From: Mycolicibacterium smegmatis
GTDB taxonomy: Bacteria > Actinomycetota > Actinomycetes > Mycobacteriales > Mycobacteriaceae
Length of the DNA stretch: 32,000 nucleotides
Reading direction: 5' to 3'
Assembly (NCBI RefSeq): GCF_001457595.1
Contig: NZ_LN831039.1
Location: 2,940,001-2,972,000, forward strand
Shown here: one piece after another, positions 25,403 to 32,000 of the stretch
Position numbering within the stretch: position 1 is the first letter of the stretch
How the letters are laid out: the number at the start of each line of letters is the position of its first letter
The notes under the pieces: model-generated
Databases searched by the model: none
Seen by the model: the letters and a program-made list of their open reading frames with translations, nothing else
Told to the model about the DNA's origin: nothing
Translations under genes and position numbers: made by a program

Positions 25403-26812
25403 CTAGACCGACTCCGAGACTGCGCGTGCGGCCACATCCGCTTCGCGGAACCGGCCCCGCCAGTGCCGCGCCGGGTGACGCTCGGGCAGGTGGGGGCCGT
25501 TGCCGAAGAGCTTTTCGCGCAGTGTGCCGGGCGCGTACTCGGTCTGGGCCAGGCCGCGGGACTGCAGCTCGGGAACCACGTGGTCGATGAAATCGGCGAA
25601 GCTGCCCGGCGTGGTGATGTAGCGGATGTTGAGCCCGTCGACGCCCGCGTCCTGCCATTCCTCGAGCGCGTCGGCAATCTGTTCGGGGGTGCCGACGATG
25701 CGGGTCGACTCCTGCTGCTGGCGCACCAGGTCGGCGATGGTCGGGTTGGTGCCCGGCGGCGCGGCCGCGATGAGCGCCTCGATGGTGCTGCGCGTGCCCT
25801 GGACGGTGGGCGCGAGATCGCCGATGGGGGTGTGGTGGTCCAGACCGCCGAGGTCGACGCCGATACCGCCGCTGCGGTGTGCGATGAGGGCGTCGACGCT
25901 GAGGTACTCGTCGAGTTCGGCGGCGCGGGCCCTGGCCTCGACCTCGGTGGAGCCGACGACGAACGACAGGCCCTGGAAGAACTTGATGTCCTCGCGGCGG
26001 CGCCCGGCCGCCACCGCGCGGTCACGGGTGTCGTCGATCACGACACGGGCGCCCTTGGGCGAGGCCGCGTTGATGAACACCCCTTCGGCGTGGCGTGCTG
26101 CGAAAGCCCTTCCCGCGGTGGATGTGCCGGCTTGGAACAGTACCGGGGTGCGCTGCGGTGACGGGAAACTCAGATGCGGACCCTCGACGCGGTACCGCTT
26201 GCCGATGTGGTGGATCTTGTGCACCTTGTCGGGGTCGGCGTGGATGCCGCGTTCGCGGTCGCGCAGCAGCGCGCCGTCGTCCCAGGAGCCTTCCCACAGC
26301 TTGTAGACGACCTCGGTGTACTCCTCGGCCCACTGATAGCGCTCGTCGTGCTCCTCGCGTTCCGGCAGCCCGAAGTTGCGCGCAGAGTTCTGCAGCGCGC
26401 TGGTAACGACGTTCCAGCCGATGCGCCCCTTGGAGGCGTGGTCGAGGGTGGAGATCTTGCGGGCGAACGAGAACGGATGATCCTGCAGCACCGAACTGGT
26501 GATCACCAGGCCGAGGTGCTCGGTGGACAACGCCAGGGCCGAAACGATCGCAGACGGATCGTGATTCGGGATCTGCAGGCCCTCGCGCAGATAGGTCTCC
26601 CACCCGCCGCGGTAGTCGTCGTACAGTCCGACCACGTCGGCGAAGAAGATCGAGTCGAACTTCCCGCGTTCGAGGAGCTTGACCAGTTCGACCCACGGGT
26701 CGAGTTGGTCGAACTCCACACTGCGGGTCTCGGGGTTGCGCCACGCCCCGTAGGCGACGTGGGTGGCGGTGTTCATGGTGAAGGCGTTGAGGATCAGCCG
26801 CGGGCGGGTCAT
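25403..26812 (-). CDS. LLM-class flavin-dependent monooxygenase (NtaA/SnaA/DszA-like)
   Basis: MTRPRLILNAFTMNTATHVAYGAWRNPETRSVEFDQLDPWVELVKLLERGKFDSIFFADVVGLYDDYRGG...SKGRIGWNVVTSALQNSARNFG...YRVEGPHLSFPSPQRTPVLFQAGTSTAGRAFAARHAEGVF. Confidence 0.92.
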   Translation of the reverse strand: MTRPRLILNAFTMNTATHVAYGAWRNPETRSVEFDQLDPWVELVKLLERGKFDSIFFADVVGLYDDYRGGWETYLREGLQIPNHDPSAIVSALALSTEHLGLVITSSVLQDHPFSFARKISTLDHASKGRIGWNVVTSALQNSARNFGLPEREEHDERYQWAEEYTEVVYKLWEGSWDDGALLRDRERGIHADPDKVHKIHHIGKRYRVEGPHLSFPSPQRTPVLFQAGTSTAGRAFAARHAEGVFINAASPKGARVVIDDTRDRAVAAGRRREDIKFFQGLSFVVGSTEVEARARAAELDEYLSVDALIAHRSGGIGVDLGGLDHHTPIGDLAPTVQGTRSTIEALIAAAPPGTNPTIADLVRQQQESTRIVGTPEQIADALEEWQDAGVDGLNIRYITTPGSFADFIDHVVPELQSRGLAQTEYAPGTLREKLFGNGPHLPERHPARHWRGRFREADVAARAVSESV

Positions 26813-26891
26813 GACGCCGACGCTAGGACCGGTACCGGTCGCGTCCAACGGTTTATCTCACGAGGCGCGAAACCTGTTCGCCATAAGGGAA

Positions 26892-28187
26892 TCACGAAGA
26901 CAGATGGCCACGCAGCGTCGTCGTGCTGTACTCGCGGCGGAACAGCCCGCGCTCCTGCAGGACCGGCACCACGTGATCGACGAAGGCCGCCAGGCCGTCG
27001 GGCAACCGGTCGATGTTCAGGTTGAAACCATCGGCGGCGCCTTCGCGGAACCACAACTCGAGATCGTCGGCGACCGATTCGGGGGAGCCCACCACGTAGC
27101 GGTGCCCACCCGGGTTGCGGGTGAGCAGGTCGCGCACTGTCAGCCCTTCGGTCTGCGACTGCGTCACAAGCGCTTTGGCGAACGCCGGGCTGACCGACGG
27201 CGAGTCGGTCGGCGCGTCCAGGATCGCGGTGGGTACCGGTTTGTCGAGCACCAGCAGTCGCGGGTCGGCGCCGATACGCTCGGCGAGTTGGTCACGTTCG
27301 GCTTCGACGTCGACGAAGGCGTCGATCTCGGCCTTGCGGGCCAGCGCCTCGGCCTCGGTGCTGCCCACCACGACGAACAGGCCCGGCAGGATCGTGAGCT
27401 CGTCGGGCGAGCGGCCATGTTGGCGTGCACGGTGTTTGGCGTCCTGGGCGAACTTGCGACCGGACCCGATGTCGCGTTGCACGGTGAAGATCGCGTCCGC
27501 CCACCGGCCGGCCATCTCCCGCAACCGTTCGGAGTCCCCGGCCTGCACGATCACCGGCCGTCCCTGTGGGGTCTGCGGAACCACGCCGGGCCCGGCCACC
27601 GAGAAGAAGTCGCCGGTGTGGTCGATCGCGTGCACCTTGTCGGCGTCCAGGTAGGTCCCGGAGCGCTGATCGGCGCGCACGGCGTCGGGTTCGAAGCTGT
27701 CCCACAGGCTGCGCACCACCCGTACGACCTCCTCGGCCTTGCGGTAGCGGTCCTCGGGGTCGATCGCGGCCGCCTTCGAGAAGTTCGCCCGCGCGGCCGG
27801 ATTGAGGCTCGTCACGATGTTCCATCCGGCGCGCCCGCCGCTGATGTGGTCGAGCGTCGCGATCTGCCGGGCGATCGTGAACGGCTCGGCGAAAAGTGCA
27901 TTCACCGTGGCGATGAACCCGATGTGCTCGGTCACCTGGGACAGCGCGCTGAACAAGACGATCGGATCGCACGCCCGCCACGGTCTGCGGTAGGCCTCCC
28001 CGTCGAGTGCCAGACTGTCGGCGAGGAACAGCGAATCGAACAGGCCGCGCTCGGCGATGCGGGCCACTTCACGGAAATGCGCGGTATCGGTGGGTCCGAT
28101 GACGTCGGGTTGCGAGCGCCACGAATGGTCGTGGCGGCCGGTTGCGAGCAGATTGAGGTTGAGGTGCAGGTGTTTTCGTCCGGTCAT
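26892..28187 (-). CDS. LLM-class flavin-dependent monooxygenase (NtaA/SnaA/DszA-like)
   Basis: ERGLFDSLFLADSLALDG...ATLDHISGGRAGWNIVTSLNPAARANFSK...PQTPQGRPVIVQAGDSERLREMAGRWADAIFT. Confidence 0.92.
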   Translation of the reverse strand: MTGRKHLHLNLNLLATGRHDHSWRSQPDVIGPTDTAHFREVARIAERGLFDSLFLADSLALDGEAYRRPWRACDPIVLFSALSQVTEHIGFIATVNALFAEPFTIARQIATLDHISGGRAGWNIVTSLNPAARANFSKAAAIDPEDRYRKAEEVVRVVRSLWDSFEPDAVRADQRSGTYLDADKVHAIDHTGDFFSVAGPGVVPQTPQGRPVIVQAGDSERLREMAGRWADAIFTVQRDIGSGRKFAQDAKHRARQHGRSPDELTILPGLFVVVGSTEAEALARKAEIDAFVDVEAERDQLAERIGADPRLLVLDKPVPTAILDAPTDSPSVSPAFAKALVTQSQTEGLTVRDLLTRNPGGHRYVVGSPESVADDLELWFREGAADGFNLNIDRLPDGLAAFVDHVVPVLQERGLFRREYSTTTLRGHLSS

Positions 28188-29539
28188 CGCGCGATCCGTT
28201 CGACGACGCGCTGATTCTCGGGCAGGCCCGGCGTCCGGGTGCCGAGGCGGTCCCGCAGTCGGGCGGGGGCGACATCGTCTCGGAAGACGCCGCGTTGTCG
28301 TAACAACGGGATCAGATCACCGGCGATGCGGGCGAAGCTCGATCCGCCCAGAAGCGTGAAACCGTCGGCGGCACCCTCGTCGATCCACTGCGTGATGATG
28401 TCGGCGGCCGTCTCTGCGGTGCCGACGATCTGGAAATGCCCGAACGACGTCGCATACCGCACCAGGAAGTCTCGCAGTCGCGGGTAGGCACCGGTTTCCA
28501 CCCATTCGCGGTAGATCAGCGCACGGCTGACGCGGCGCCCGGTACGCTCCAGCTCCGCGCGGTCGGGGAACCGGTCGAGCGGGATGTGGTCGTCGAGGTC
28601 GAGATCGGAGAGGTCCAATCCGCCGATCTCGTAGGTGATGGCCTCCCTGGCACGTTCGAGGTCCAGGTCGGTGAGTTCGGCGGAGTAGGCGGCCCAGGCC
28701 TGTTCGTCGGTGTCGCCCAGGTAGATCCGGATGCCCGGCAGCACCTTGAGGTCGTCGGCGTGGCGACCGGCCGCGACGACTGCGGCCTTGAGCCTGCGGT
28801 AATAACGCTTGCCGGCGTCGATGTCCGGCGATGCGACGAACACCACCTCGGCGGTGTCGGCGGCCAGTGCGATGCCGTCGTCGGACGCACCGGCCTGCGC
28901 GATCAGCGGGAACACCTGCGGGCTGGGTGGCAGGTCGAGGGCCTGGTGGACGCGGAAGTGCTCGCCCGACCACCCGATGTCGTGGACCAGGTCGGTGTCG
29001 ACGTAGATCTCGGCGTCGCGGTCGGCGATGATCGCGTTGGCATCCCACGACGTCCACAGGGCCTTGGTGACGTCGAGGAATTCGCGGGCGCGACGGTAGC
29101 GTTCGCGTGGGGCGGGAATCTGGGTGTAGCCGTAGTTGGTCTCGCCGTTGAAGGAGGTGACGACGTTCCACCCGGCGCGGCCGTTCGACAACCGGTCCAG
29201 CGAGGCGAGTTCGCGAGCCACCGTGTAGGGCTCGCTGAACTGTGTGGACACTGTGATCACCAAACCGATGCGTTCGGTGTGCGCGGCGAGATACCCGGCC
29301 AGGGTGACCGGTTCGAACGACCGCGGCCCCGAATGCCGGATGAGGGTGCGGTTGAGGCCGAGGAAGTCGGTGATGAAGATCGCGTCGAATCCGATGCGGT
29401 CGAGTTCGGCGGCGAACAGCGCTTTGTCGCGCTGTCTCTCGTTGGTCGGTGTGGCGGCTTCGGTGGACTTCCACTGCGGGAAACGGTCACTGAAGTGGAA
29501 TTCCGACGAGACGAAGAACACCGCGGGGGAACGGGTCAT
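28184..29539 (-). CDS. LLM-class flavin-dependent monooxygenase (NtaA/SnaA/DszA-like)
   Basis: AELDRIGFDAIFITDFLGLNR...ASLDRLSNGRAGWNVVTSFNGETNYGYTQIPAPRERY...PQVFPLIAQAGASDDGIALAADTAEVVFVAS; 4-nt overlap with the next gene in the operon. Confidence 0.92.
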   Translation of the reverse strand: MTRSPAVFFVSSEFHFSDRFPQWKSTEAATPTNERQRDKALFAAELDRIGFDAIFITDFLGLNRTLIRHSGPRSFEPVTLAGYLAAHTERIGLVITVSTQFSEPYTVARELASLDRLSNGRAGWNVVTSFNGETNYGYTQIPAPRERYRRAREFLDVTKALWTSWDANAIIADRDAEIYVDTDLVHDIGWSGEHFRVHQALDLPPSPQVFPLIAQAGASDDGIALAADTAEVVFVASPDIDAGKRYYRRLKAAVVAAGRHADDLKVLPGIRIYLGDTDEQAWAAYSAELTDLDLERAREAITYEIGGLDLSDLDLDDHIPLDRFPDRAELERTGRRVSRALIYREWVETGAYPRLRDFLVRYATSFGHFQIVGTAETAADIITQWIDEGAADGFTLLGGSSFARIAGDLIPLLRQRGVFRDDVAPARLRDRLGTRTPGLPENQRVVERIAR

Positions 29540-31149
29540 GATGCCAGTGCCAATCGTGCGAGACGGCGGCCGGGAACCGCGTCGATGAGGGTGCGGGTGT
29601 AGGGCGAGGTGGGTGCGGAGAACACCGCGGCGGTGTCGCCACTTTCGGCCACCTGACCGGCCTTGAGCACGACCACGCGGTGCGACAGCTGTTGTACCAC
29701 CGACAGATCGTGTGAGATGAACAGGTACGTCAGTCCCAGATTGTCCTGAAGGTTGCGCAGCAGCCCCAAGATCTGGTCCTGCGTGACGACGTCGAGGGCC
29801 GACAGCGGTTCGTCGAGCAGAATGATCTGGGGCTGCACCACCAACGCACGGGCGATCGCGACCCGTTGGCGTTCACCACCGGACAACTCGACGGTTCGGC
29901 GGGTGAGCTTGTCACGGCTGAGGTTGACGTTGTCGAGGGCCTCGGCGATGCGCTGGTCGCGGTTGTCGAGATGATATGCGCGTAGTGGGCTTTCCAGGAC
30001 TTCGCGCACACTCCAGCGCGGGTCGAGCGCGGAATCGGGGTTCTGGTAGACGAACTGGATGTTCTTCCAGTGTGCGCGGCGGTCGCGGTGGCCGAGTCGC
30101 GTGATGTCGTGGCCCAGCACCTCGATCGATCCGCGGGTGGGCTGGGTCAATCCGATGATCATCTTCGCGGTTGTGGACTTGCCGGATCCGGACTCGCCGA
30201 CCAGGGCCAGTGTCTCGCCGCGACGCACGGTGAAGCTGATGTCGTCGACCGCGCGGTGGCGGTGACGCCTGTCGAGCCGGAACTCCTTGCTGACGTGGGC
30301 GACTCGGATGATCTCGTCGGCAGGGGCATGGACATTCTCGTGGGCCGCGGCCGGTGGGGTGATGCCGGCCCCGATGCGGCGTACCAGGGCGGCGGTGTAC
30401 TCCGACGACGGGCGGCTGACGATGTCGTCGACCGGGGCATCCTCCACGATCTGTCCCTTGCGCATCACCACGACACGCGATGCGTGATCGGTGGCGACGC
30501 CGATGTCGTGGGTGACGAACAGTACGGTGGTGCCGTGTTCGGCGACCAGGCGATCGAACACCCGCAGCACCTGGGCCTGCACGGTCACGTCGAGCGCGGA
30601 GGTCGGTTCGTCGGCGACGAGCAGTTTGGGGTTGAGCCCGAAAGCGATCGCGATCAGCACCCGCTGGCGCATGCCGCCGGACAGTTCACCCGGATGCTGG
30701 CGCAGCCGTCGCTCGGGTTGGTCGATCTCGACCTGTTCGAGCAGATCGATGCACCGCCGCCGACGCTCGGCGCGGCTGAGCTTCTCATCTCGGAGGTCGA
30801 AGATCTCGGCGATCTGCGAACCGATGGTGCGCACCGGGTTGAGCGACGCGCCCGGATCCTGCGGCACCAGTCCGACCGTGGTGCCGCGGATTCGGCTCCA
30901 CTCCCGTTCGGTCAGGCCCAGGATGCCGGCGCCGTCCAATGCGAGGGTGTCGGCGGTGACGGTCGCGGTGCGTGGCAGCAGACCCAGCACGGTGTTCACC
31001 AGGGTGGTCTTGCCCGAACCGGATTCGCCGACGATGGCGACGAATTCACCGGCCGCCAGGCTCAGGTTCACGTGGCCGAGCGCGATCTTCGGTGTGATTC
31101 CGTCACCGGGATAGGTCACGGTGAGATCGGACAGTTCGAGCAGCGGCAC
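29536..31149 (-). CDS. Fused double-ATPase of oligopeptide-type ABC transporter (DppD-DppF)
   Basis: GTG start at 31149: VPLLELSDLTVTYPGDG...GESGSGKTT...[12 protein letters not shown]... then second domain [14 protein letters not shown]...LSGGERQRVAIARAL. The track start at 31950 is an out-of-context extension. Confidence 0.9.
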   Translation of the reverse strand: MPLLELSDLTVTYPGDGITPKIALGHVNLSLAAGEFVAIVGESGSGKTTLVNTVLGLLPRTATVTADTLALDGAGILGLTEREWSRIRGTTVGLVPQDPGASLNPVRTIGSQIAEIFDLRDEKLSRAERRRRCIDLLEQVEIDQPERRLRQHPGELSGGMRQRVLIAIAFGLNPKLLVADEPTSALDVTVQAQVLRVFDRLVAEHGTTVLFVTHDIGVATDHASRVVVMRKGQIVEDAPVDDIVSRPSSEYTAALVRRIGAGITPPAAAHENVHAPADEIIRVAHVSKEFRLDRRHRHRAVDDISFTVRRGETLALVGESGSGKSTTAKMIIGLTQPTRGSIEVLGHDITRLGHRDRRAHWKNIQFVYQNPDSALDPRWSVREVLESPLRAYHLDNRDQRIAEALDNVNLSRDKLTRRTVELSGGERQRVAIARALVVQPQIILLDEPLSALDVVTQDQILGLLRNLQDNLGLTYLFISHDLSVVQQLSHRVVVLKAGQVAESGDTAAVFSAPTSPYTRTLIDAVPGRRLARLALAS

Positions 31150-31163
31150 GGCGGTTCTCCGAT

Positions 31164-31964
31164 TCAGATGTTGTTGGACTTGAGCACGCGCCGGCTCACG
31201 ACGCCGAGCGCGACGATGACGACGAGGATCACCGCACCGGGCAGCGAGGTGAGCCACCACGCGGTGGCCAGGTAGCTGCGGCCCTCGGCGACCAGGAGCC
31301 CCCACTCCGGGGTCGGCGGTGGTGCGCTGTAGCCGAGGTAGCCCAGGGCGGAGATCGCGAGAATCGCTGCGCTCAGGTCGATCACGGCCAGGGCCACCAC
31401 GGCGCCGATCGCGTTGGGCACGATGTGACGCCGGATCACCGACCAGCTGCTCTCGCCGGAGAGGAACGCGGCCTCGACGTAGTCGAGGGCACGCACCCGC
31501 ATCACCTCCGCGCGGAACACGCGCGCGAAGATCGCGATCGAACCGATCCCGACACCGATGCCGACCGACAGCGGACCGGCCCCGTAGGCCGTGACGATCC
31601 ACACCGACACCAGGAACCCGGGCAGCGCGAGAAGCACGTCGCTCAACCGCATTCCGACCGCGTCGGCGACCGGACCCGACACGCCGGCCAGGATGCCGAT
31701 GATGCTGCCGACCACCAGGCCGACGGCGACCGCGAGTCCCGCGGTGAGCAGTGTGTGGGACGTACCGTGGATGACGCGGGTCAACACATCGCGCCCGAGG
31801 TGGTCGGTGCCGAACCAGTGTGCCCAACTGGGCGGCTGGAACTTCTCCAACCGGTTGCCGTTGAGCGGGTCCGCGCTGGTGAACACCCCCGGCGCGACGG
31901 CCCACGCCGCCACCAGCACCAGCAGCGCCCCGGAGATGCGCGCCGACCACGGTGCCGCGCGCAA
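31164..31964 (-). CDS. ABC transporter permease, DppC type (start possibly upstream, near or beyond window edge)
   Basis: PPSWAHWFGTDHLGRDVLTRVIHGTSHTLLTAGLAVAVGLVVG...AILAISALGYLGYSAPPPTPEWGLLVAEGRSYL. The frame is open to the window end. Confidence 0.88.
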   Translation of the reverse strand: MRAAPWSARISGALLVLVAAWAVAPGVFTSADPLNGNRLEKFQPPSWAHWFGTDHLGRDVLTRVIHGTSHTLLTAGLAVAVGLVVGSIIGILAGVSGPVADAVGMRLSDVLLALPGFLVSVWIVTAYGAGPLSVGIGVGIGSIAIFARVFRAEVMRVRALDYVEAAFLSGESSWSVIRRHIVPNAIGAVVALAVIDLSAAILAISALGYLGYSAPPPTPEWGLLVAEGRSYLATAWWLTSLPGAVILVVIVALGVVSRRVLKSNNI

Positions 31965-32000
31965 CGCCGAAAGCGATTTGTTCCGGCGGGTTTCGGTGTC

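Noticed and set aside
31150-31950. N-terminal 267-aa extension of the fused ATPase ORF (29536..31950)
   Set aside because: It overlaps the permease gene in another frame and is Arg-rich shadow sequence; the ABC ATPase starts naturally at GTG 31149.

Overview
High-GC actinobacterial (mycobacterial-type) chromosomal window. Order: (1) 1-2598, core-like genes: a sterol-desaturase-family protein (-) and a NarL/DesK-type two-component pair (+). (2) ~2600-11057, a degraded accessory island ending at the 3' end of a tRNA-Val(GAC). It contains a multiply frameshifted phage tape-measure remnant, a fragmentary GH19-type endolysin, a candidate WXG100-like secreted effector overlapped by a small membrane protein, and two tail-to-tail IS1380-family elements whose three junctions all carry CTTAG. 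(3) 11058-11927, four tRNA genes (Val-GAC, Cys-GCA, Gly-GCC on -, Val-CAC on +), an 81-bp direct repeat and an intrinsic terminator. (4) 12129-22197, an IdeR-box-like palindrome followed by a tightly coupled peptide/metal-type ABC importer including a fused permease-ATPase, an FmdE-like protein, two glutamine-amidotransferase-like-fold proteins, a molybdopterin oxidoreductase whose N-terminal Fe-S cysteines are replaced by A/H/D, and a small protein. (5) 22268-25372, tex and a VTT/DedA-family membrane protein. (6) 25403-32000 (-), three consecutive LLM flavin monooxygenases coupled to a second oligopeptide-type ABC transporter. The supplied ORF track labels 7801..9249 as '+', but its protein is encoded on the minus strand. 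The best candidates for undescribed biology are the Fe-S-ligand-less Mo/W oxidoreductase locus with its possible iron-responsive control, and the WXG-like effector plus overlapping membrane protein. All family assignments come from recognising translated motifs by eye; no database search was run.
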